Origin: Escherichia phage AV112
Length of the DNA: 64,000 nt
Direction: 5' to 3' (one strand)
Sequence record: OR352942.1
Shown piece after piece: positions 26,968 to 35,783 of this stretch. How positions within the stretch are numbered: position 1 is the stretch's first letter; every line of letters starts with the position of its first letter. The notes below the pieces were generated by a model, which worked only from the letters and a program-made list of their open reading frames with translations, did not search any database and had not been told where the DNA came from. The position numbers were made by a program, and so were the translations under genes.

Positions 26968-27969
26968 TTATTTCAGTAAAGTAACTTCAGAGATTTCCTC
27001 CCAACCATCTTTATCAGTTGAAATAAAATCTGCTACATAAAGAGCCGTACGTAATGATACATTGCGAAGACGAGATACATTAGCCTTCATCCAGGACAAT
27101 GCTTTATACGTTTCTGCATCTGTCAGACCACGTTTCTGCATCATGTCAGTAGATAATATTACATCTTCAACTCGAACCATAATCTCTTCATTAGAGTGTA
27201 CTCCAAGGTCGAGATACACTGAACGAGATACTAAAGCTTGAAGGTGTGGGGCAAGTTTCGAACCGCGTTCTAACTCTTTATCGATATCAACGTTTGTAAT
27301 GAAAACGATAGTACCTTCAAACTCAAATTCTTTATCAATACCCTTATCATCGAGATAAGATGACGCAGTGCTCCAACAAACTTTGCGTTTATCTCCAGTA
27401 TCTAATGCTGCTTTAAGAAGGTTCAAGATGTCCATATCTGAGAATACGTCAACGTCGTCGATTAAGAGAACGCTGTCTGCATCACGGTTGAGCCAAAGTT
27501 GTTCGTAAAGGCCAATACCGGAGATTTTACCATTAATGCTTTTGTATTTGATGAAACCATTATCATTAGCGTTATTAAGTGCTTTATCCAGAGAATACGT
27601 CTTACCAATACCGGCTGCACCTGAAATAATGAGTGAACGAATTTTGCCATCGATAATGCCATTCGTCATCATGTTCATTACTTTAAAGCGTTTGTTGATA
27701 CGAGTTTTCATATCTTCAGTGCTTTCAACAACTGCAACTGGTGACGTCTCAACTCCTTCCATTACGATGTCTGATTTGAAGACCCATACTCCACGTTCAG
27801 ACCCATCAATCATAACGAAAATTTTACCATCACCTAAGTGGGAACATTCAGGATTAAGCTTTGCTGGGAACCATGTCTTTGTGGCAACATAAGAACCAGA
27901 GATTTCGTTATTACGATAAATACCTTTTTTGATTTGAACGTTGAACATTTTATTCTCCAATTTACTCAT
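26968..27969 (-). CDS. P-loop NTPase (AAA-like ATPase)
   Basis: Walker A IISGAAGIGKT and Walker B VLLIDDVD. Confidence 0.6.
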   Translation of the reverse strand: MSKLENKMFNVQIKKGIYRNNEISGSYVATKTWFPAKLNPECSHLGDGKIFVMIDGSERGVWVFKSDIVMEGVETSPVAVVESTEDMKTRINKRFKVMNMMTNGIIDGKIRSLIISGAAGIGKTYSLDKALNNANDNGFIKYKSINGKISGIGLYEQLWLNRDADSVLLIDDVDVFSDMDILNLLKAALDTGDKRKVCWSTASSYLDDKGIDKEFEFEGTIVFITNVDIDKELERGSKLAPHLQALVSRSVYLDLGVHSNEEIMVRVEDVILSTDMMQKRGLTDAETYKALSWMKANVSRLRNVSLRTALYVADFISTDKDGWEEISEVTLLK

Positions 27970-27986
27970 TTCGTTTCGATAGGTCT

Positions 27987-28015
27987 ATAATAACATGTTT
28001 AAAGCAAAAGTAAAC
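27987..28015 (-). promoter_or_regulatory. Sigma70-type early promoter
   Basis: Minus strand reads GTTTAC, a 17-nt spacer, then TATTAT. Confidence 0.55.
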
Positions 28016-28017
28016 AA

Positions 28018-28236
28018 TTATTTGCGACGAGATTTTTTGGTAAGAGGTTGAAAGAACACTGCTTTACCTGCTGGGGTTAAGGTGACTCGTAATGCATTAC
28101 CGATTCCTAAGGATGCTTTAACTAGACCTTTAGCTTTCAGTTCACCGAATGCTTGACGTTGGTCTGCATCACGAGTGTTAACCATAAGACCTTTATCACC
28201 TGCTTCACGAATCATTTCTAACATTTTGGTTTTCAT
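28018..28236 (-). CDS. Small hypothetical protein
   Basis: Start placed at MKTKMLEMIRE, preceded by AGAGGAGAACAAA-ATG. Confidence 0.45.
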   Translation of the reverse strand: MKTKMLEMIREAGDKGLMVNTRDADQRQAFGELKAKGLVKASLGIGNALRVTLTPAGKAVFFQPLTKKSRRK

Positions 28237-28344
28237 TTTGTTCTCCTCTTGTTTTGATAGGTCTATAATAACATATCCTAAAAGCATGTACACTACTTTT
28301 TAAAAATATTTTAACCCCCTAAAGGGACCCGAAGGTCCCCACAT

Positions 28345-28626
28345 TTACTTATCGCACTTAGCAACATAATTAGGCATATCACAGAATACGGAGCGAGTAA
28401 CTACTCGGCCCTTTGACCATGCTTCAGTTGCTTGTCCGGCTGTGCTATTAATATAGCTTGATCTAATGTTCTCAATACCCTGAGAATGTGATGCATTTAC
28501 CGAACCATTAGAAGACCCAGAAGACTGGTTACCACCAGCTCCTGCGCTACCGCTGGCTGCACCCGTGGTAGCACCAACAGAGAATGCCATCATTACTGCG
28601 AATAAACCAATTACTATTTTTTTCAT
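28345..28626 (-). CDS. Secreted Gly/Ser-rich small protein
   Basis: N-terminal signal peptide MKKIVIGLFAVMMAFSVGA, followed by a Gly/Ser/Asn-rich region. Confidence 0.5.
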   Translation of the reverse strand: MKKIVIGLFAVMMAFSVGATTGAASGSAGAGGNQSSGSSNGSVNASHSQGIENIRSSYINSTAGQATEAWSKGRVVTRSVFCDMPNYVAKCDK

Positions 28627-28657
28627 ATTTACCTCAAGTTAATGGTTATTTATCTAC

Positions 28658-29647
28658 TTATTTATAGTAAGAATTATGATTTTCGAGATAGACTTGTTCA
28701 AGGAAGTCATCCCAGAAACTCATATCTACTTTTTGTTGCATACCGTTCTTGGCAGCTTGTTCTGATGCATGTTCAACTTGGTCAACGATATCTTCTAGGA
28801 ATTCTTGTACAGTTTTAAACGTATGTTTACCAAGCTTAACATCGAGAATAAATGGAGCATCCTGAAGTGGGTAAACCAGGTCGCCGGTTTTATAAATTTC
28901 TAATAGTTGAAGTCCACCACGACATGCATGACTCAATGCTTTCCAGTCAATACCTTCGTTAGCTTCTGCCTTACGAGCACGTTCACCATAGTTCTCTTCC
29001 AGTTTAACCAGGATGGCATTGAACTCTTTATTGGTTAACGTGTCTTGGAATTTACGGTCTAACAGATTATAGAATGTTTGCTTACCTGTTTTCTCGTTTT
29101 CAGTTTCAACCCACGAAGCAAATTCACCTACAGGCAGAACATTCTTCATATGTGATAAACGAATTACTGCACCATTATCAAAGTATTGTCCCCATTCATT
29201 AGAACGTTTAAGGGCTTGACGAAGAACAGCCAGTCGAGAACCCTTGACACCGTATTTAGAAGCTTGTTTACGGACATACCCTAAATAAGATTTCATGTTA
29301 GTGGTATAGAAACGAGACCTGTTATCTTGAATATACTTCCATACATCAGGCAAATCGGATTTAACTACTAAACTTGGTGGAGTGTGAAGCATATCTAATG
29401 CGACGGTTTCGCCATCTGCAGCTAGTTTAAAGAAATATTTGAGACTATACAACTCATGGTCCACGTCGTCTTTTGTGTTCTTAGAAGATGTGTTATTTGT
29501 GTTCTTGCTCATATGTTCTTTAACGTTACCGGTCAAGATATCACGAGCATGAGGGACATAAATTTCTTTAAAATCGACGTCAGATTCAGGAGTAGACGTT
29601 CCATAAAGGTGGCTACCAAAGTAGCCTTTCATAATTGTTTTCATCAT
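28658..29647 (-). CDS. Nucleotidyltransferase-fold protein (Pol-beta superfamily)
   Basis: N-terminal GSHLYGTSTPESDVDF matches the GS-x(10)-DxD active-site signature of minimal NTases and of the OAS/CD-NTase families. Confidence 0.5.
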   Translation of the reverse strand: MMKTIMKGYFGSHLYGTSTPESDVDFKEIYVPHARDILTGNVKEHMSKNTNNTSSKNTKDDVDHELYSLKYFFKLAADGETVALDMLHTPPSLVVKSDLPDVWKYIQDNRSRFYTTNMKSYLGYVRKQASKYGVKGSRLAVLRQALKRSNEWGQYFDNGAVIRLSHMKNVLPVGEFASWVETENEKTGKQTFYNLLDRKFQDTLTNKEFNAILVKLEENYGERARKAEANEGIDWKALSHACRGGLQLLEIYKTGDLVYPLQDAPFILDVKLGKHTFKTVQEFLEDIVDQVEHASEQAAKNGMQQKVDMSFWDDFLEQVYLENHNSYYK

Positions 29648-30117
29648 TTGGCCTTATATTCGAGAGTAGGACAGATTTTTTCTTTACGAGCTTTAAGGTA
29701 TTCACCTATTAATGATTTCTTACGTTCAATAGGCTCAAGACCATTTTTAATTCGTTCTTGGTTTTGTGCAATGAGCTCAATTTCTTTATAATATTTTCTG
29801 TCGTTATATTTGTCTAACAACCAAGACGGACCAATTACCAACCCGGTAGCAATAAAAGCCATGACTGCTACCATTAAAATGCCTACACCAATTGAGGCCG
29901 GAACTAATGTCCATAGACTGCTAAAAACAAAGAATCTAGTTAAAATTTCCTGGCCAATGATTACTACTGCTGCTAAAATAGCAAATCCAATAATTGAAAC
30001 AGACAATACTGGGATTAACGTTTTCCAAAAATAAGCACACAACGTTTTCGGGCGATTCCATGTACTATTGAACGCGGCATAAATTTTAAAGTGCCAAGAG
30101 TTTTCATTGATAATCAT
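29644..30117 (-). CDS. Membrane protein
   Basis: 157 aa with two to three predicted transmembrane helices. Confidence 0.5.
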   Translation of the reverse strand: MIINENSWHFKIYAAFNSTWNRPKTLCAYFWKTLIPVLSVSIIGFAILAAVVIIGQEILTRFFVFSSLWTLVPASIGVGILMVAVMAFIATGLVIGPSWLLDKYNDRKYYKEIELIAQNQERIKNGLEPIERKKSLIGEYLKARKEKICPTLEYKAK

Positions 30118-30126
30118 AATAATTCC

Positions 30127-30657
30127 TTATTTCAAAGTCGGGATAATAGAATCAAGATAAGCTTTAAGAGCAACTGCTTCATCTTTGTCTAATGTAATGA
30201 TATGTTGACGAAGGTCATCAATTTGACGAATAACTACGACATCGCCATCTTCATAAGAAGGATTAACGCCTAAGACCGTTGTAGAGTCAGGGTTGGCCGG
30301 ATTTGTAATAAAAGCATTACGGCATTTAGCCCATTGAAGTTTGGCCTTTTTGGCTGTTTCAGATTCCACGAATTCTTTCACCTTAGTGACGAATGTTTTC
30401 CAATTATTAATAGAAAAACATTCGTCTTCAGTTTCGATATTAACCCCACTATAAAGTCCATGATAAAAACGAACTTGAAGGTCTTCGTCAATGTTAATTA
30501 CAGATGCATGGCCCGGTGGATTGAGTTTCAAAATCTTGTCCAGTTCCATAGGAAGAATAGTAGCAGCATCATCTTCTTGTGTCAGAACATACACATAACC
30601 ACGTTTTTCGATACATAAATCACCAAACAACTCGGTTGTTTCAATTACAGTTTTCAT
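30127..30657 (-). CDS. Hypothetical protein
   Basis: Start placed at MKTVIETTELFGD; the ORF-track start is a TTG codon. Confidence 0.45.
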   Translation of the reverse strand: MKTVIETTELFGDLCIEKRGYVYVLTQEDDAATILPMELDKILKLNPPGHASVINIDEDLQVRFYHGLYSGVNIETEDECFSINNWKTFVTKVKEFVESETAKKAKLQWAKCRNAFITNPANPDSTTVLGVNPSYEDGDVVVIRQIDDLRQHIITLDKDEAVALKAYLDSIIPTLK

Positions 30658-31216
30658 ATTATTCACCAATTAAAGTTTCAACAAAATTCACCAAAGCATT
30701 CTGGCAAGCATCAACCTGATTTTCATAAAAGTCTCCGTTATCATTTACCGCATGATAAGCTACATCATTCAAATCTGAATCGGCTTCACGTAAGTCACGG
30801 ATAAGGTCCATCAATTTATTAGCTTGTTCACGGGTCATTTTACCATACTCGTTTCAATAAGATTCACTATGCCGTTTACCATGTTATAAGTAAACATCGG
30901 ATAATTGTATTGTACTACAACATAAGCGATAAGCAAAAGTTTCATTTTGTTCTCCATTTGTTTTGGTAGGATTACTATATCATAGTCCTACCAAGACGTA
31001 AACTACCGATTGTGTTTTAAATGTTGATAAAGTTCTTCAACTTGTTTAGGGTCCAAAACAATTAAGTCATTTTCTTGGCGAAGATAAATCCATCCCTTAT
31101 CCCCAGGGCCATTTTTACAAAACATCACCACCGTATCATCATCTTCAGCGCTTTCAGGTAAAAGTTCAAGTACACCGTCTTCAGATTTTCCAGTATAATC
31201 GTAAAGCATAATGTCC

Positions 31217-31396
31217 TCACATAATCTCGTTAACATACATTTGTAATTCGGTGTGGGCTTCGGCCATCTTTTTCATAGCTTTGTTAATGTCGATGTCTCC
31301 ATCTTCGCATCCATGAGCATTTTCCCAATCAGATACCGCATTAGCGTACTCTTCAATCAAAAACATTAACTTAGAAATTTTTTCTTTACGTGTCAT
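31217..31396 (-). CDS. Small hypothetical protein
   Basis: Start placed at MTRKEKISKL, preceded by GAGGAGAACGTT-ATG. Confidence 0.4.
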   Translation of the reverse strand: MTRKEKISKLMFLIEEYANAVSDWENAHGCEDGDIDINKAMKKMAEAHTELQMYVNEIM

Positions 31397-31462
31397 AACG
31401 TTCTCCTCTAGTAAGTAAAGACTACTATAACACAACCTGAGGAGAAGTAAACTGCTAAACGC

Positions 31463-31490
31463 AAAAAAGCCCCAACCATAAGGAAGGGGC
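31463..31490 (-). terminator. Rho-independent terminator (minus strand), copy of a recurring hairpin
   Basis: Plus strand reads aaaaaa-GCCCCAACC-ataa-GGAAGGGGC; it lies downstream of rI. Confidence 0.6.
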
Positions 31491-31497
31491 TAGTAAA

Positions 31498-31800
31498 TTA
31501 GATAGATGTAGGCTCTAATTTTATTTTCATGAACTCGGCAAATTGTCTGGCAGTTTTTATGCCTTGTTCATGACATTCAAATGCATCATCACAGGGGCTA
31601 TTTTTGTAATGCTTTGCCATATACTTATAGAATTTTTCAGAATTCTCGACATTTTGAATTTCAAACAAAGTATATACGTTTTTAATCCCTGATTCCATAA
31701 AGTTATCAAAATATGGGTCGGTATACGCAGTACCAACGTTAGGAGTTGTTGCTGCAAAAAACCCCAGCATCGCCATGACAGCTATCGCTCTTAAGGCCAT
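31498..31800 (-). CDS. rI: Lysis-inhibition regulator rI
   Basis: 100 aa with a signal anchor; MALRAIAVMAMLGFF...DPYFDNFMESGIKNVYTLFE resembles recalled T4 rI; it sits adjacent to tk as in T4. Confidence 0.75.
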   Translation of the reverse strand: MALRAIAVMAMLGFFAATTPNVGTAYTDPYFDNFMESGIKNVYTLFEIQNVENSEKFYKYMAKHYKNSPCDDAFECHEQGIKTARQFAEFMKIKLEPTSI

Positions 31801-31812
31801 ATAGGCCTCCTG

Positions 31813-32025
31813 TTAATTTTGGCCAGTATTTATTTTTCGCCTTTGGACGGCCTTAACATCTGTGAGGTATTTTTCCAGCTTGCGCTTGCGTGTATAATCA
31901 GCTTTAGAACCAGTTTGACGGATATCCTCGTTTAAATGAGAAATAGAATGTCCTAATTCTCTTCGGATTTCATCCAATTGGGTTACAGTAAGATTACGAA
32001 GTTGTCTTTCGTTTAATTGCTGCAT
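31813..32025 (-). CDS. Hypothetical protein (rI.-1 position)
   Basis: 70 aa ORF. Confidence 0.4.
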   Translation of the reverse strand: MQQLNERQLRNLTVTQLDEIRRELGHSISHLNEDIRQTGSKADYTRKRKLEKYLTDVKAVQRRKINTGQN

Positions 32026-32052
32026 ATATACCTCTTGGTTAGATATTAGTAT

Positions 32053-32634
32053 TTATAACAACCCTGTCAAATCATTCCAATGCTTCCGGCATAATGACAC
32101 ATATCTATCAGTATCACCAATTTCAATTTGACTGCCATCTGTAATTGGAAGTCCGTCTTCCGTGACTCTAGCTACCATTGTGGCCTTTTTACCACAGTGA
32201 CAGACACCTTTAAGTTCAACAAGCTTATCAGCAATAGCCATTAACGCTTGAGAACCTTCAAATAGATTACCTTTAAAATCTGTTCGTAGTCCATATGCCA
32301 TTACCGGCACATTGTATACGTCAACAATACGACTAAGTTGATACACCTTTTCAGTAGTTAAGAACTGAGCTTCGTCAACAAATACACAATGAATATCCTT
32401 TTGTGCTGCAGCCCATTTATAGAATTCAAAGATATCCATGTCTTTTGTAATTATATTGGCGTCCTGACGAATACCAATACGAGAGACTATTTCACCTTTT
32501 GAATCACGAGTATCAATAGCCGGTTTAAGAACTAATACACCCATGCCACGTTCTTTATAGTTATGTGCGGCAGTAAGTAATGAAGCAGACTTACCAGCGT
32601 TCATAGCGGCATATGTAAAAATTAAACTAGCCAT
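32053..32634 (-). CDS. tk: Thymidine kinase
   Basis: 193 aa; P-loop AAMNAGKS and a C-terminal Zn-ribbon CHCGKKA...C; collinear with recalled T4 Tk. Confidence 0.93.
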   Translation of the reverse strand: MASLIFTYAAMNAGKSASLLTAAHNYKERGMGVLVLKPAIDTRDSKGEIVSRIGIRQDANIITKDMDIFEFYKWAAAQKDIHCVFVDEAQFLTTEKVYQLSRIVDVYNVPVMAYGLRTDFKGNLFEGSQALMAIADKLVELKGVCHCGKKATMVARVTEDGLPITDGSQIEIGDTDRYVSLCRKHWNDLTGLL

Positions 32635-32635
32635 T

Positions 32636-32824
32636 TTAATCCTTAGTTAAATTTTCTAAATATGTTTTTAAATCATTTTCAGCTTTATCGATAGATTTTA
32701 CTAATTCGTAATATGTTTCGGCATCTCCATATTCAGAAGATAATTCAAAAGACAAATCCTTTTCTAAACTAATAATTTCACCAACTAAAAATAATATTTC
32801 GTTCTTTTGTTCGCGAGTAATCAT
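32636..32824 (-). CDS. Small acidic protein (tk.x paralog)
   Basis: 62 aa; similar to the neighbouring 63-aa ORF. Confidence 0.4.
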   Translation of the reverse strand: MITREQKNEILFLVGEIISLEKDLSFELSSEYGDAETYYELVKSIDKAENDLKTYLENLTKD

Positions 32825-33012
32825 AAGGAATTTATATAATCAATGAGTTCTTGTTCTTTATTATCGAATTCTTTAGAAAGTTCTTCGTACTCGTTTGCAC
32901 TAAAAGGACCGCATTCATTACAAACTTTTTCCAATTCACTATTTTTATCCATAACTTCATGGATAAGAGAAAAGAGTTTGTCTTTTTGTTCTTTACTTAA
33001 ACTCATAACCAT
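32821..33012 (-). CDS. Small acidic protein (tk.x paralog)
   Basis: 63 aa. Confidence 0.4.
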   Translation of the reverse strand: MVMSLSKEQKDKLFSLIHEVMDKNSELEKVCNECGPFSANEYEELSKEFDNKEQELIDYINSL

Positions 33013-33230
33013 GTCACCTTTAAGCAGTATTCTTCTACATGCTGTTTACGACCTTTCTTATCAATAAAGGTATATTCAACGAATGTTCCGATGTAGTCTT
33101 TATCTACATCATGTGGACTATTAATTGGACATTTGGTACGACAAATGCGTTCCCATTGACGAATAATTACTGCCTTATTCTTTGGGTCATATGGATGTGG
33201 ATAATGTATATTCATAATAATGGTTCCCAA
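33003..33230 (-). CDS. Hypothetical protein
   Basis: 75 aa ORF. Confidence 0.4.
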   Translation of the reverse strand: MGTIIMNIHYPHPYDPKNKAVIIRQWERICRTKCPINSPHDVDKDYIGTFVEYTFIDKKGRKQHVEEYCLKVTWL

Positions 33231-33709
33231 TCAACAATCACAATTTCTAGTTTAGTGGAATACGTATCTAAAATCTCTTCGATGACATCCCAGTTTCCAC
33301 CACCGATACCTGCACCAATTCTTGGCATATAAATTACAGGCTTTGTTATCTTATTCTTTCCGAATTCATTTAATTCTATTATACAATTCATTAAAGCATA
33401 GTACTCAAAATTAGGTCCAGGCTCAAACTGTGTATAAAGATTAAAGCAATAAGCTTTATGGGTCTTAAAATATTTTTCATAAACCGAATAAGTCCCGAGT
33501 TTAGACTCGTCTCCGAATTCGGTTTGAAGTTTATCGGCTTCTAAAATTTTTGGATAAGCCTTTGCTAATTGTCCTGCCACACCAGCGCCCATTGTATGAA
33601 AACAATTACACCCATGAGCAATATTATTACCTTTAGAAAACAGGGCGACAATATCGCCCTTGATATAGTTTTTAATCACTTGCTGCAAGTCCTCTAGTAT
33701 AAGAGTCAA
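33212..33709 (-). CDS. Macro-domain protein (ADP-ribose binding/processing)
   Basis: Gly-rich motifs NIAHGCNCFHTMGAGVAGQLAK and IGAGIGGGNW are characteristic of macro domains. Confidence 0.5.
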   Translation of the reverse strand: MTLILEDLQQVIKNYIKGDIVALFSKGNNIAHGCNCFHTMGAGVAGQLAKAYPKILEADKLQTEFGDESKLGTYSVYEKYFKTHKAYCFNLYTQFEPGPNFEYYALMNCIIELNEFGKNKITKPVIYMPRIGAGIGGGNWDVIEEILDTYSTKLEIVIVDWEPLL

Positions 33710-34019
33710 CTAGACGGTCCACCATAGAATTGCATGCTGCCTTATCTTTAGGTTCCGCCACCGAGCATTCTAATATTTGCCATTTTTTATAGTATCTTTT
33801 AATTAAGGTAGACGCCTTGAACCTACTAGTCGCCCCATCTTTTTCTCCGTCTTTATACGCATATAACAATTTTTGTGAAAAATCTACTTTACACTCTTGA
33901 CTTTTACCACAATAATCAGACGCTGTTCTGTTTGTATACTCCGTTACATCAGTATATGTAGTATTAGCAAGAGCGTTAAATGAAACCAAGCCAACTATTA
34001 AAGCCAACATTTTGGTCAT
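33672..34019 (-). CDS. Secreted protein (T4 vs position)
   Basis: 115 aa with signal peptide MTKMLALIVGLVSFNALA; assignment is by position only. Confidence 0.4.
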   Translation of the reverse strand: MTKMLALIVGLVSFNALANTTYTDVTEYTNRTASDYCGKSQECKVDFSQKLLYAYKDGEKDGATSRFKASTLIKRYYKKWQILECSVAEPKDKAACNSMVDRLVDSYTRGLAASD

Positions 34020-34558
34020 TCTTTTATTTCCAGTAGTTTGTTTGATTTAAGGTAATTAGCCTTTTCTAGGACTTCAGAAGCATATTTACTTCCAGCACTT
34101 GTCTTCCATCCCGCATTATATGAGGATATAGCTTTTCTTATATCCCCGTTATGTATATTTAACCAATAAGAAAATTCGATATAAGCCCATCTGGCTGAAT
34201 TAGACCGCTTAGATAGCATTTTCTTAATTTGGGCATCAGTCATATTATAACCAAGCTGGTTAATTCTTGCCCTCATTGTTGGTAGATAATTTTGGAACAT
34301 TCCATACGCATGGTGACCTTTCTTATCTTTAAGATTAATACCGGCAGATGATTCCTGCCATAGTATTGCGGCCATTATGTATCCAAGTCCTTTCTTATGC
34401 ATGTTTTCATGCGTTTTAAATTTTCCATCCTTAGAAAACTGTTCCCCAAACTGATAAGCATAATTCAAGTTATCGAGTTGGACATTACTAAAAGTATGCT
34501 CGGAGCTATGTGCTGATAATGAAAGAGCAAATAGACCAGCGAGTAGTGCTTTTCTCAT
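34016..34558 (-). CDS. Periplasmic lytic transglycosylase-like protein (SLT domain)
   Basis: Signal peptide plus LWQESSAG and GMFQ motifs typical of SLT-family catalytic sites. Confidence 0.55.
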   Translation of the reverse strand: MRKALLAGLFALSLSAHSSEHTFSNVQLDNLNYAYQFGEQFSKDGKFKTHENMHKKGLGYIMAAILWQESSAGINLKDKKGHHAYGMFQNYLPTMRARINQLGYNMTDAQIKKMLSKRSNSARWAYIEFSYWLNIHNGDIRKAISSYNAGWKTSAGSKYASEVLEKANYLKSNKLLEIKE

Positions 34559-34566
34559 GTTTACCT

Positions 34567-35025
34567 CTAGATTTTAATCACTGCTTTAGAAGCTTTTCCT
34601 GGTAGTCGTTTACTGTTAATAATAGCCATTCTGCATTGAAGAGTCTTCATTTTGAACGCTGGATTTTCGCGACAAACTGTAAGTCCTAACCAAAGATTTC
34701 CGTCAGTTATTTCTAAACGGCCTGGGCGATATTCGACACCTTCGACAAAATCTTCATCAACATCTGGACGTGCCGGCATTGATAAAAATTCTGTAACTTC
34801 TTTAACATGATTTTTTACTTTACGAAATAATTCAAAAACGTAGTTCTCATCTATTTCTCTCTGGATGGCACGATCTAAGAGATGTTGAGAATACTTGATA
34901 TGAAAGCCTGGTAGTCCAAGAGACTTTGCAGCATCTTTTATACCGGCATTTATTTTGCGGAACTCCGTTTCAAAGATTCGACGGAGTTTATTACGGCGGA
35001 TAAAAACGTCAGAATTGATAGTCAT
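34567..35025 (-). CDS. regB: Endoribonuclease RegB
   Basis: 152 aa; MTINSDVFIRRNKLRR...YSQHLLDRAIQREIDE...RMAIINSKRLPGKASKAVIK is near-identical to recalled T4 RegB. Confidence 0.88.
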   Translation of the reverse strand: MTINSDVFIRRNKLRRIFETEFRKINAGIKDAAKSLGLPGFHIKYSQHLLDRAIQREIDENYVFELFRKVKNHVKEVTEFLSMPARPDVDEDFVEGVEYRPGRLEITDGNLWLGLTVCRENPAFKMKTLQCRMAIINSKRLPGKASKAVIKI

Positions 35026-35054
35026 TTTTTATTTCTCCTCTAGTTGACAGGTCT

Positions 35055-35083
35055 ATAGTAACACATCTAGAGGAGAAGTAAAC
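35055..35083 (-). promoter_or_regulatory. Sigma70-type early promoter upstream of regB
   Basis: Minus strand reads GTTTAC, a 17-nt spacer, then TACTAT. Confidence 0.5.
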
Positions 35084-35087
35084 TACT

Positions 35088-35303
35088 TTATTGATAAAAT
35101 GGAGTTAAAGCCCAAGATTCTTTAGATACCATATCGGCGAAATGCCTCATCTCTTCGATTTGGCGACGACGCTGGTCAGCATAGTCTTCTTCGCCTTCTT
35201 CCTTACAATCTTCAAGGTCTTCTTCAAGATACTTTAAGTATTCACTACAAATTTTGTTGATCTTTTCTTGAAAGTCCAATAACCCTGTAATAGTAGAAGC
35301 CAT
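35088..35303 (-). CDS. Small acidic protein (vs.3 position)
   Basis: 71 aa ORF. Confidence 0.4.
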   Translation of the reverse strand: MASTITGLLDFQEKINKICSEYLKYLEEDLEDCKEEGEEDYADQRRRQIEEMRHFADMVSKESWALTPFYQ

Positions 35304-35569
35304 TAGTATTTTTCCTCAGGTCGAAATACTGCACGACACGCCCACATGCTGGCTTCTTTTAGATGTTGCTTAGCATACTTAAGAGCCTGCACTGCATCCA
35401 TATCTTCTTTGGTTTGTTGCTCTGATTCATTTTCTTTCAAGATATATGCTTCTTCAATCAGAGCATCAAACATCAATCCAAGACGGACTTCTGCATCTTT
35501 AATAGCGTTCACTTTACTGATTTTATCATCGGTATGCGGCTTGTAGCCTTTGATGTCTTCAATCGACAT
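35303..35569 (-). CDS. Small protein in the T4 vs.4 position (candidate Acb2-like cyclic-nucleotide sponge)
   Basis: 88 aa from MSIEDIKGYKPH, preceded by GAGGAAATTCCTT-ATG; identity is by position only. Confidence 0.35.
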   Translation of the reverse strand: MSIEDIKGYKPHTDDKISKVNAIKDAEVRLGLMFDALIEEAYILKENESEQQTKEDMDAVQALKYAKQHLKEASMWACRAVFRPEEKY

Positions 35570-35783
35570 AAGGAATTTCCTCATCGGTGGCAAGGTCATA
35601 TTCGACCAATTGGATAGGCTCATTAATACCGTATCCGCGTACAGTGATATCGGTTGACGGATATTTTCCAGTAATATCACCAATTCTAAATGATTCAATG
35701 AATGATTGCTCGCCTGAGCAACTAAACCAGGCGGCAAAACATTTTAAAACATCTTCAGACCCTTCTATAATCAATTTAGCCAT
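35559..35783 (-). CDS. Hypothetical protein (vs.5 position)
   Basis: 74 aa ORF. Confidence 0.4.
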   Translation of the reverse strand: MAKLIIEGSEDVLKCFAAWFSCSGEQSFIESFRIGDITGKYPSTDITVRGYGINEPIQLVEYDLATDEEIPYVD

